DNA from: Mantamonas sphyraenae STR306
Taxonomy: Eukaryota > Protista > CRuMs
DNA length: 64,000 nucleotides
NCBI GenBank assembly: GCA_026936335.1
Contig: JAPMXV010000051.1
Span: forward strand, 310,001 to 374,000
Direction of reading: 5' to 3'
Shown: piece after piece, positions 1 through 10,837 of the stretch
Numbering within the stretch: the stretch's first letter is position 1
Layout of the letters: each line of letters opens with the position of its first letter
Notes under the pieces: generated by a model
Database searches by the model: none
Seen by the model: only the letters and a program-made list of their open reading frames with translations
Told to the model about the DNA's origin: nothing
Position numbers and translations under genes: made by a program

Positions 1-1650
1 TACAATGCTCAAGCCTCCGTTGCCTGTGTCCAGTGTGGCCTCACTGTTGCCACTGCTGTCGTTGCTGGTGCTGGTATTGCTGCTGTTCGACTCGTCATTC
101 GCCTCTGTGTCCACCACTGTATCTGTCACGTTGCCCTTTGACGCATTGGATGCTCCTGTCGTGGTGATGGACCCCTCCTTGGTGGAAGATATTGTGAAGG
201 AGTCATCGCCGTGCGTGTAGGTGGAATCTACGTCGGCCGGGGTGTCGTCCCCCTCTGATGCTTCAGCCATGTGCAGGAGCGCCTGTTTGGTCATGGCCAG
301 GTCGAGCATTTGGAATGCTGTCTCTTCGTTGCAGTACTTGCGCACGAGGGAAGGGTTCACAAAGAACCGCTCGTGCAGTTTCTGCACATCCAGAATGCCG
401 TTCATGACCAGATCCAGATCCACTGGCCCCAGCACCGTCAGACACACTTGATTCCAGTTGATATGGGAATACACTTGGGTGAACACGTACAACACGTGCA
501 GGGGCGAAACAAAGCGCTCGCCAAAAACATTGAATAGATACAAAACAAGTGTCTCGAGGGTATACGAGGACAACAGAGCGTGATGGGAGCCCAGCATGCG
601 GCTTTCGTAGTAACACCACAGTTTGATCATGAGGATGGCACGTTTGAACAGCTGCTCACGTCCCACAAACCGTGCCACCTCGTCCAAGAACGCGACGCTT
701 TTCAGCGCTCCAAACTGGTTGGCGGACAGGTCGACGGTGAATTGGCCCACCCGACACTTGATAAGATCGACCTGTGGAGCGTGAGGGGGTGAAGGAGACA
801 GAGGGGAACGAGCGTGAGTGGCAGAACATGGCGCCACCTTTCTGGGTCTCCACATCGCCCGGTGTACAGGGGAGCACCGCATACGCAGCCATAACAGCGC
901 AGAAGCAATGACTACACACGGAGAGGGTGGTCCTGTGGTGTTTGCAGCTGCAAGAGGCCAAGGCAGGCGGAAACGTACGCGAGCGCGAATGACTTGGATA
1001 TCCGTGACCGGGTAGGGAGCATCGGTGTCGCTCCTGGCCCTGTGGATGAAAATAGATATCACATATCGCAAGGGAGAAGACGACGTGTGGTGTCGTATGG
1101 GGGGTACACAGGCGAAGAGTGCGTGAGCAAAAGGGCAGCGAGGTGGAGGGCGATGATGGGTTGTGGATGAGAACCCACTTCTGCAGCACACGCAGGACGT
1201 CGCCGAACCAGCCCGCCGATGCATTCTTGTTGGGAAACACAGTGACGTCGATATCGGCGTCAGGGAGGTAGGTGAGTAACGGCAGGGATCCAATCGTCTG
1301 TGAGGGCCCGAGGAAGGACCGGGCGGGTGTCCGCATGGCACCAAGCGTCAGTGTCCGCGCCTCCCTTTGAGTACAGCGTTCCAGTCGGCAAACCACACAA
1401 CCACGCCAGGGGCAATCGATACACACATACACACACACACAACACACACACACATGCTCGGGGCACATACCTCCAATTGGCAATCGCTGTTGGCGGAGAC
1501 GAGGTCGCGCAGGTAGCTGACGACGGCGAAGCGGGCCTTATTGGACTCCTCCATGGGCAAACATAGCTGCAAGAGCTGGTCTGCCAGTTCGTCCAGCTGC
1601 TCGTAGCCGTCCCATTCCAGGTCGACTCGCTGCAGCTGTTCCGAGTCCAT
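1..1650 (-). CDS. Pol-beta-type terminal nucleotidyltransferase with PAP/OAS1 substrate-binding-like domain (plant NTP-like); 3' end runs off the window
   Basis: Spliced exons 1650-1471, 1297-1179, ~1039-979, 771-1 give GSLPLLTYLPDADID (hG[S]x9DxD) and VDLSANQFGA..LFKRAILMIKLWCYYESRMLGSHHALLSSYTLETLVLY; GT-AG introns. Confidence 0.85.
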
Positions 1651-1692
1651 GGAAAAGTGTGCAGGAGGTTGCGCCGGTCCTGCCACCACCAC

Positions 1693-3585
1693 ATGTACGC
1701 TGGCCCCATCCCCCATCCACACATCCACACTCATGTGCACCTCGGTGCATATCCGGATGATGACCACGCACATCCTCACGCGCTGACACGGCTCACCTCG
1801 CGCAGGAACCAGGACGACTTCCGGGCCCTTGTGCAGCAGAAGCGCAAGGAGCGTCCGACAGCCGCTGCAGACGAGGACATGGACCTTGGTGGCGCTGAAG
1901 AAGGGAGGAAAGAAAGGAAAGCGCCAGTGCACGAGAAGAAAAGGCGTCGCAAGAGGGAGCGCAGCCAGGAGGGAGAGGCAGGCAAGAAGAGCGCGTCGGA
2001 AGGCGAGTCGCCCGAAAAGGCTGGCAGCGGGAGCAGCACAAGCTACCGAGACAGGGCCAAGGAGCGCAGGATGGGCATTCAGGACGATGGGGACATGGCC
2101 AGTGCGTTGAGTGGGCTCAGCGCAGAGGAAACGCAATTCCTGGGCGGCACGGAGGAGACGACGCATCTGGTCAAAGGACTGGACTTTCAGCTGCTCCAAC
2201 AGCGACGCGCACAGATGAAGGCGGAGAAAGAGGCAGCAGCGCAGTCGAGCGACGGCATGGAGACAGAGAGTGGTCTGGCAGTCCTGGACGAGGCCAAACG
2301 AGGCGAAAAGAGCAAACTGGAAGCGCTGGAGCAGAGCACAAAGACGAGGATGGCCGCAGGAGTCCTGCGCGCTTTGTTTGGCCGTCCGTCGGCCGAGCAC
2401 ACCGCACGCCAGTTTGCAGGACGGCAGATGGCATTCTTGTACAACGTGAACCCGGTGAACAGAAGGTACGTGCCGACGGTGAAGCAACGCAGCGGGGACG
2501 CACGCGCTGCAGCTGCCACCCAGGCCGAAGAGGCGTCGTGGGCCAAAGTGAAGGCACGTGTGTACTCTCGTGTCGATCGCGTCATGCAAAAGGCCCGCGA
2601 GACAAACTCTGTGTACGGTGTGCAGCAGGGAGACGTCAAGGGCGAGGTGTCGAAGATCCTAAAGAATGCCGGGCGCAAGGGAAGGCCTCTGGATGCGCCC
2701 TATGTGCCCGTGCGGCTCAATGGCAATGTTTTGGCGCAAGCAGAGATTGAACGCAGGCGAAAAGAGGAGGAGCGGAAGCAGAGAGCGGCCGAGTTGCAGG
2801 CCCGTGCTGAAGCCATGCCAGCACCCTTTGCCGACAGAATGGCGGTGCAAGACGCTGCAGACACAGAGAACGTCAGCGACAGCGACAGCGATGACGACCT
2901 GTACCCAGGCATGGCCTCGTACGAGATCGATCTGGAGGAAGTGGAAAGGAAGCGAGCTGCTGAGGCACCTGCGGCTGCACCGCAGATGTCTGAAGCCGAT
3001 GCAAAGAAAGAAGCCATGCGTCGTAAGCTGCTGGGTTTGGGAGGTGGCGACGACGACAGCGAAAGCGACGAGGAGGGCGACGAAGAGGACGAGAGTGACG
3101 AGGACGACAATGATGATGAGGTGGAGGCATATCCAGACACCAGCGCAGCATTTGACGAAGCAGAGGATGAGATGTTGCCAGCTGGGGCACGCAGCATGAT
3201 GCGCATGGGCAAGCAGCTGTTGAAGGACAAGAAGGCGTTGGAGGAGTACGAGCGCGCGCAAGCGCATGCCAAGTGGAGGAGTGGAGGCTCAAAACGCAAG
3301 GTGGAGCTGGGAGAGGATGGAGAGGAGGTTGTGGAAGAAGAGGAGGACGCCTATGTGTTTGACGACAATATGTACGACGACACCCTCCGCGACAAGGACT
3401 CTGTGAAGCTGGTAGCCGGCCAAAAGGTGGACAAGGAGACAGCCAAGAAGCTGGAGCAGCAGGAACGAAGGAAACTGGGCCAACAGTTGGCGGCCATCAA
3501 TCACAAGCTGAAGAACAGCGACAAGATGGATTTCGACACCGTGAGCAAGCAGCTGAATGAGCGCAAAGAGATGAGCGGCAGGTAG
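1693..3585 (+). CDS. IK: RED/IK-like spliceosomal B-complex protein
   Basis: YRDRAKERR and FLGGTEETTHLVKGLDFQLL are RED N-terminal motifs; start reconstructed as AT|G across intron 1695-1805 (GTACGC...CTGAC...CGCAG), giving MNQDDFR. Confidence 0.85.
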   Translation: MYAGPIPHPHIHTHVHLGAYPDDDHAHPHALTRLTSRRNQDDFRALVQQKRKERPTAAADEDMDLGGAEEGRKERKAPVHEKKRRRKRERSQEGEAGKKSASEGESPEKAGSGSSTSYRDRAKERRMGIQDDGDMASALSGLSAEETQFLGGTEETTHLVKGLDFQLLQQRRAQMKAEKEAAAQSSDGMETESGLAVLDEAKRGEKSKLEALEQSTKTRMAAGVLRALFGRPSAEHTARQFAGRQMAFLYNVNPVNRRYVPTVKQRSGDARAAAATQAEEASWAKVKARVYSRVDRVMQKARETNSVYGVQQGDVKGEVSKILKNAGRKGRPLDAPYVPVRLNGNVLAQAEIERRRKEEERKQRAAELQARAEAMPAPFADRMAVQDAADTENVSDSDSDDDLYPGMASYEIDLEEVERKRAAEAPAAAPQMSEADAKKEAMRRKLLGLGGGDDDSESDEEGDEEDESDEDDNDDEVEAYPDTSAAFDEAEDEMLPAGARSMMRMGKQLLKDKKALEEYERAQAHAKWRSGGSKRKVELGEDGEEVVEEEEDAYVFDDNMYDDTLRDKDSVKLVAGQKVDKETAKKLEQQERRKLGQQLAAINHKLKNSDKMDFDTVSKQLNERKEMSGR

Positions 3586-3712
3586 TTCCACATCGAATTG
3601 ATTCAAGACAGGGGCCATGGACACTCCACACACACACACACACACACACATGTGTCTTTTGCTCTCCTCCGCCCGTGCGGCCACGCCATCTCTCTCTTTT
3701 TTGTCCGCAGCA

Positions 3713-5888
3713 ATGCTCCTCGCATTGTGGTTCCTGGGTTCCGGGTTTGCGTTGAGCGCAACGACACTGTTGGCACATGTGTTTCCAGCGCTGGACGTGT
3801 ACGAGTGCATCGCAGCAAGCACGCCAGTGGGGTTTACGGTGTTGACTCTGGTGACGCTGGTGGTGACCCTGCTACAGGGCTCCATCAGCACCACGGCCGT
3901 CAGTGTGGTCACTCTCTTGCTGTCATTGGCGGCAAACAACCGCTTGTTTGTGCTACTGCGTGATCAGGCGCGTATGTCGCAACTGAAGGCACAGCTGCGT
4001 GACACGGGCACCCTGGTCGTCTACGTCGGCGTCTGGCTCATCTCACTGCTGTTCTTCCTTCCCCCGCTGTTGTCACACATGGTGCCTGAGCAGGACATGA
4101 TGCTCATGTCGGCAGGCGCCTGCTGGGGCGACCTGCCCTTCCACCTGACGCTGATCACCAGCTGGCTCCACGGATGCAACCGCAGCCTCTCCTCCCTCTA
4201 CGCCATGACCTTCCCAGTGTTTGCCGACCCGGAGCACCATCTGGTGTATCCCATTGTGCCCGACTTTCTCACGGCCCTCCTTGTCAGGGCCGGCTTGTCC
4301 ATGCGAGCCGCCCTCGTCCTTCCCAGCGCCACCCTCGGCGCTGCCTGTCTGCTCCTCCTCGTCCTCTTTCAGCGCCGCTACACAGGCAGCACTGTCGCCG
4401 CCCTCCTTGCGCCCCTCCTGCTCATCTGCTCGGGTGGCGTCGGCGTCTTTGCCTGGCTCTCGCAGTGGCGGTCGGGACAACTCGGCGACTCCCTCATCAA
4501 CGCCATCTTTGCCAACCACCAGGAGTACATTGAGCGCAACGGTGACGGTGGCATTGCCCTGTTTTGGTTCTCTGCCCTTGGTAATGTGCTGCTGCCTCAG
4601 CGCAGTGCCCTGTTTTCCTTTCCTCTCTCCATCCTCTGCTTCCTCGCCCTCCACCTCGCCTGCACACATGCGCGCGACTACAACGACACCCAGGCACGCA
4701 TTGCTGCCATTGCTTCCAAGAAGGACGACGACCTTGTCCAGGGTCTCCACGACGCTTCGGAGCGCTTGCTCCATCGCCAGGCTGCTCTGCTGCGCCACTT
4801 TCGCGCCGCCGTTGCCCTCTGCGGCGTTTCTGCTGCCCTTTTGCCGCTCGTACAGCCGCATGCCTTTATGGCTGTCGTGCTCGTGTGTTTGCCCGTCATT
4901 CTGCTGGAACTCCTGCAGCTGTGGCCTCTGCTGCGACGTTCCTCTGTCTTTCTGCTCGCCCTGGTCGTCGTCCTGCTGCTCATCTCCCTTCCCCAGCTTG
5001 CCATGTTTGTCCAAAAGGGTACTGGCTTCATGCGCCTCGATCCTGTGTGGCTCAGCATGGACTTTGCAGATTCTGCCGATGGCGCGGGGAGCGTGCTGGC
5101 CCCGTTCATGCTCTGGTTCCGTGCCTTGGGCTTCACCTTTGTCCTGGCCATCGTTGGTGCGCCATTTGTGCTTCGTCGCTCTCAGCTGGCCATGTACGTG
5201 GGTGCGTTTGTGCTCCTGGCAGTGTCTACCGTGGTCATGTTCCAGCCTTGGAACAAGGACAACATCAAGCTTGTGTACATGTGGCTGTTTGTGGCCACGG
5301 GTGTGGCTGCACATGTGCTTGTGCGCATGGTTGAACTGGCCAACAAGTATGTGGGTCGTCCTGGCGCTGCGGTGGCCGTGTTGGTGGCGGTCCTCCTGCT
5401 GCTCCTCATGACCGGGGCAGGTGCCCTGTCTGTGTTTCGCTCCCTGCACCAATCCAACGAGTTGTATATTAAGGAGGATGCAGACGTGGCCAGCTGGGTG
5501 ACACGCAACACACCTGCCGACGCCCGCTTCCTCACAGACGACGACCACCGCAACGCAGTCGTCAGTCTTGCTGGTCGCGCCACCGTGGTTGGCTACAATG
5601 GATGGTTGTGGTCACACGGCATGCCTTACGCCGAAAAGCGAGCCCGCATCACACAATTCACCCAGAATGACAAGTATCAGCCCAGCCTGCTACGCGCACT
5701 CGTGCGCGACTACGGCGTGCAGTACCTCGCCATCAACGACCGCTTTGCACACTTCTGGTCTGATGCCGTCGTCGATGGCATGCACAATGATCATGAAAAC
5801 GTTGATGCGGTCTACCACGACGGGCACATTTGGACAGTATTTCACGTCACCGGCCGCGACGACAAGACGGCTACCAGTGCCACCCAGG

Positions 5889-5926
<38 letters not shown>

Positions 5927-5932
5927 CAATGA
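3713..5932 (+). CDS. Polytopic membrane protein, putative GT-C-fold glycosyltransferase; C-terminal polyQ
   Basis: More than 12 hydrophobic segments; WGDLPFH after an early TM helix, YPIVPDF, LLPQRS, WNKDNIK, and a soluble C-terminal domain with SLAGR..VGYNGWLWSHG. Intronless from ATG 3713. Confidence 0.6.
5891..5929 (+). repeat. (CAG)n polyQ tract
   Basis: 13 Gln codons directly before the stop. Confidence 0.9.
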
Positions 5933-5985
5933 AAACACATGATGATGATGAGCACACGCTGCATTCATTTCCTCGGCAACCCACA

Positions 5986-8900
5986 TCAGAACAGACCCAG
6001 TTCCTTCTTCTTGTTGTTGCGCTTCCAGCCAGCAAGTGCTTGAAACTCGGCCTTGGTCTGTCCAAAGGCAGCCTCAAAGTCGGCGTCGGACAGGTAGGTC
6101 TCCAGCTGGGTCGGGTCGAGCTGTTCGGGCACAGGGCGAGCCTGCAGCTCCTCCAGGGTGTAGTTCTTGCTGTAGTCGGCGAGCGAGTCCTTGACGGACA
6201 CCAGCGAAGCCAGGGCGCGCGAGTAGGCATCGGCCACCATGTCGGTGTCGAACGACCAGCCCAGGAACTGACTGGTGAACATGGGCGGCTCGCAGCCGGC
6301 CTCGATGCGGTAGATGGGCGTGTCCAGGTCGCGTCCGTCGTTGGCGTTCTCCACGTACGACACAGCCGTCTCCATGGCCATCTTCTTCTCCTGAGAGGTC
6401 GAACCCGAGCCGATCCACACATACACCGTGGTGTAGGTGTCCAGAATGAACACGTCGTCCTGGTCCAGATCGTCCTGGGCAAAGTTGTAGATCTCCTCCA
6501 CCTCAAACACACCCGACACGTCGGAGCACTGGAACAGACGCGGCGGGCGCGCTGCCTCCTCGGAATCCTTGTGCTTGGCGTACTCGGTCTTGCCGCCGAG
6601 GGCATCCCAGAACGCATCGGGCTCGTCACCCTCCGCGACTTCCGTCACGCTGCGGCTCTCCTGCAGGATCTTGGCGATCTCCAGGGCAGTCTCCTTCTCG
6701 TCGTCCGAAGCGCCCTCGCCGTACCACACGTACATGGTCTGCGGCGTAAGCAGCACGAAGCAGTCGCCCGAGTTGAGGCAGGCGGCGCGCTCCTCGACCT
6801 GAATGGCACGCGTGTCCCAGGCGTTGGTGCCCTTGACGTGGAAGAGCGAGATGCCGTCGACGTCGTACGAGTCCGAGTCGTTGGCGTTGGCAAAGGCCGA
6901 CGCCTTGCCACCCTGGTGCACAATCATCTTGCCACGGAACATCTCCAGGAAGTGGCGCGGCTCCTTGTTCTGCACCACACGCACCTGCACGGCACCACCG
7001 CCCAGGCTGTCGTCCAGATCCTTGGCGAGCAGAGCGCTGGCGCCCTTCTCGTCTGCGGTCGAGTCGCGTCCCTGCCAGAAGTAGATGATCCACGCCTCGC
7101 GGCCGTTCTGCTCGTAGGTGAACAGCAGGATGTAGCTGTCGCCACCGTAGAACTGGCCGTACTGCTCCTTGGGCCAGGCGGCCTTCTCAAAGTTCTCGAT
7201 GCGCCAGATGTCCAGCTTGCCGTCGACGGGGCCGGCGTGCTCCTCCACCTCCTGGCGGTTGGAGTGCATGGCGCCGATGTCGATGGCCTTCTGTTCACGG
7301 CGTTTAGCCACGTTGCCTCCGCTGTTGTTGGAGAAGTCCACAGGCACGTACGAGTCATGCCAGTCGGAGAAGAAGCCCTTGAAGATGGGCGTCTCAGCGT
7401 TCTCCACCACACGCGAGATGGGAGTCCAGTCGGGGCGGTTGTTGTCCGACAGGAACTGCTGTGCGTTGATCATCACAGCGTTCTTCTCCTGCTTGGTGGC
7501 ACCCTTGCCGACCCAGCAGTAGATTTCGGCTCCCGTGTCGAGCAGGAAGCAGTCGTTGGTGTCCAGCATTTCCTGCTTGAGCGGCTTGTGGCCGATCTCG
7601 GTGATCTCCAGCGAGCCAGAGGCATCCGAGACCAGGAACAGCTTGATCTCCTCGGCGGCCTTGAGCTCCTCCTCTTCGTCGCTGCCTCCCTCGTCGGCGG
7701 TCTTGATGTAGCCCTTGCCGCCAAGCTCGCTCCAGAACTCGTCGGGGGCTTCGCCCTCGCCCTCCTCAATGATGATCACATTGGCGCGGGCACCGCGCTC
7801 CTGGTCACGGATGCGCACGGCGACCTCGACACCCTTGGCGCGCTCCTTGCGGCTCGAGTCCTTGCCGTTCCACTGGTAGATGGTAAGACCCTTGTCGAGG
7901 ATGAAGACATCACCCGAGTTGAGCGAGTCGCAGCTGAGCTCGACCTGCTTGACGCGGATGTTGCGGCGGCCCTTGAGGTGCAGCAGACGCGTAGGCCACG
8001 AGTCACGCTCGACGTGCTTGAAGCCAGAGTCGACACCACCCTCGAGGTACTCGATGCCACCACGGAACACAGAGAGGAACTCCTTGGACTCGTGGCCCTG
8101 CACCTCACGGTGCTGCACGGGGCCACCACCCAGGTAGTCGTCCAGCTCGACAGTCTGTGGCGCAGGTGCAAGGTAGATGTGTGTGAGTGTGTGTGTGAGT
8201 GTGTGTGTGTGTGTGAGTTTGTGTGTGTGTGTGTGTGTGTCTGGTTGGAAAAACAAAGTGTTGTCAACGGTCGCAAAAACGCACCTTGTACGCGGCCACA
8301 CCCTTCTCGTCCTGGGAGCACTCGCTGCCCAGCCAGAAGAAGATGTCCCACTCGAACGAAGACGAGCCCGGGAGCTCCTTGGTCTGTGTGTGTCGATTCG
8401 TCGAGGTGCAGAGAGGTCGCGCCAGGCCAGGCGCAGCGGCAGGAAAAAGTGAGGTGTCAGCGACAACGAGGAGCAACTTGCTCAAAAACACCCGACACAA
8501 GAAATCTGTGCTGGGTTTTCCGTGGCCCCGCCCATGTCCACACAGAGCTCGACAGCGTTGTACATCGGTGCCCCAGCATGGGAAACGCATGTCCAGGCCC
8601 ACCAAACCATGCGACGGCGTCGCAGGATGACCACAGCACACGCCAGACGGGCGGAGCGGAAACAAAAGAGGGGAAAATTCTTGACGGAAGAGGGCTCGCC
8701 CACGTGTCCTTTTTCCCCTCCCTGACGCTCCAACCGGTCCTTATTCGCCTGTCGACGCCATCTCCCTCCCCGCACAAACGTACCTGAAGCACAATGTAGG
8801 CGTCACCGGTGTAGAACTTGCCGTACGACTCCTTGGGCTGTGTGTTTTGCGCGGTGCGAGTGTGTTCCGTTGTCAGAAGCCGGTCACTTTTTTTGGCACC

Positions 8901-9082
8901 CCCCCCCCCTCCTTTTGACGCCAACGCCACAGCACGCAGCATTTTGCCCTCCTGCCTGTGTGCATGACTTTCCACAGTCAACTCACCTGAGCCACCGGCT
9001 TGAGGTTCTCGATACGCCAGATCTCCAGGCCGGGGGCGGCGCCGGAGCCGGTGAAAGCAGGATCAGACATGGTTTGCGACAT
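5986..9082 (-). CDS. Villin/gelsolin-family actin-binding protein (six gelsolin repeats plus headpiece)
   Basis: GLEIWRIE, YGKFYTGDAYIVL, DIFFWLG, VQHREVQGHES, LNSGDVFILD; C-terminal headpiece WKRNNKKKELGLF. Exons ~9082-8987, 8839-8784, 8383-8285, 8154-5986. Confidence 0.93.
8179..8240. repeat. (TG)n intronic microsatellite, representative of many (also ~1421-1453, 3627-3650, 30550-30590, 61763-61791)
   Basis: Directly visible dinucleotide arrays, nearly all in introns or UTRs. Confidence 0.9.
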
Positions 9083-9340
9083 GGTGAAGCCTGTGTCGGT
9101 GATGGCAGCCACGGTCGGGTGTGAGTGAGTGTGTGCATGATGTGTGGGTCACGGACGATGGACACATGTCACGTACGATTTGTTGTTTGAAGTGGTGGTC
9201 AAGTTCGCGTGTGGCGTCCACACGCTGCCTTTTCTCGCCATCATCACCCTCTCCCTGCCCTTCGTCCACCTCGTCCACATCCTTGCGCTTGGATCCTACT
9301 TGCACGCCGCTCGTATCATTACTGCTGCTGCTGCTGCTGT

Positions 9341-9377
<37 letters not shown>

Positions 9378-10751
9378 TGCATCGAACGCGACTCCGCTCG
9401 GAACACGGAACGAGACACACAGCATGCGCTTCTTGGGTGCCACATCGCGCACATCATGCACCGAGTACTCCTCCAGAGATGCACCCAGCACGGCCTCCAC
9501 ACGCTCGCGCGCGTCCTCCATCGCGTCCAGCTTGTTGCTGAAGCAGTAACAGTGCACCATCGGCAGCTCCCGCGTCTCCCACTGCATCTGGTTGGCCACA
9601 AACCCGCCGCGGAACACGTCCACAAACTCAATCGCCGTTGCTGGCAAGTTCATCACAATGTGGTCCATGAGCACGGGCTCCACGTTGATCTCCTTGGCCG
9701 AGTCGTACTTGCTCGTATCGATCACGCGCTGTTTGCGAAAGTAAGGCTTGATGCTATCCTGTTCGTTGCCCACGGTTGCGGTGGTAGGCACCGTGTATGT
9801 GCCTCCGTTCAGCATCAGCCGCATAAAGTCCCGGGCGTCCAGGTTGAACGGCACCAGGCGCGACGATGCTCCGTTGTACACTGCATTCTGTTTCAGGTAG
9901 TGGTATGACATGGGATTCAGGTCGTTTGCATACACCGTGGCACCCCCCTTGGCTGCAGGCACTGCAAACGGTCCGATCCCGGCAAACATGTCGCACACCA
10001 CGCTGCCTGCCGTCAGCTTGATCACCCGCTCGTGTTCCCGATGCAGTCTACTGTTCCAATACAGCGTGCTAAAGTCCAGACGGAAGTCGCAATCGTTCTC
10101 CCTCACCTCAGCCACGAGGTCGGGCTCACCAGCAATCACCTCCATCTCAAAGAAGCGATAAACGTTGTGAATGTTCGACAACTTGTTCACCACAGTCGTG
10201 ATCTGTTTGCTCGTCTTGTCCAGCAGCACCTCGCCAATCACCTTTTTGTACGGCAGCTGTGCGTCGCGCAGGTTGAAGTGGGCAATGTGGCCCACCGTCT
10301 CAAACCCAGTCGGCACATCCACATCCTCCGGCAGCACCTTGCGCATCACTTGTTCGTAACTCAGGTCGTCGTAGCCCACTTCCAGCGTGTGGTCCACCAC
10401 TGCGTACTCTGCCACCTTCTCTCGCACGTCCGCTTCCAGGGAATCGAGCGACGTCACCTCTTCGCTCAACAGTAGCAGCTTTGTGGGCACATTGTCGCCA
10501 CCTGCACCGCCGCTACTGCTGCTCGCTGCCATAGCCTGCGGATCGTCCACAATTGTGCTGCGGCGTGGCTTGTTGTACCACAGCTTGGACAGTGTTTTGT
10601 CTCGGCGCAGCGAGTTCAACTTTGTCACCGGAACTCGCAGCGCCAGCATCGGCGACGTGCTGTTGAACGCCTCCTTGTCGATATGCTCAATCGCTTGCGG
10701 AACATCTCTGGGTCTCGCGTAGTGCGGGTTCGAAGACGAAGAGGACGACAT
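9063..10751 (-). CDS. TRM5: tRNA (guanine-37-N1)-methyltransferase Trm5
   Basis: FETVGHIAHFNLR, YWNSRLHREHER, DMFAGIGPFAVPAAK, ANDLNP, HIVMNLP, VHCYCFS, VRDVAP. True stop is probably TGA at 9201-9199 (one-base frame break); as written the ORF runs into villin exon 1. Confidence 0.92.
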
Positions 10752-10837
10752 GGTTGTTGCGGCACGCCGGAACATTCAGGGTGCTTGCCACCGCGCAAAC
10801 GCGCCCCAATTCCACCCAAACCAACACGAGGCCAAGC

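Noticed and set aside
5830-8787. 985-aa plus-strand ORF, and similar long ORFs at 60155-62140, 4073-5548, 42073-43266, 12665-13630
   Set aside because: Antisense shadows of real genes caused by high GC3; no motifs.
9063-9201. TRM5 lacking a stop before villin (gene fusion or polyadenylation-created stop)
   Set aside because: One inserted base gives TGA at 9201-9199, like other indels here; neither spliced nor unspliced read-through is in frame with villin; other genes have encoded stops.
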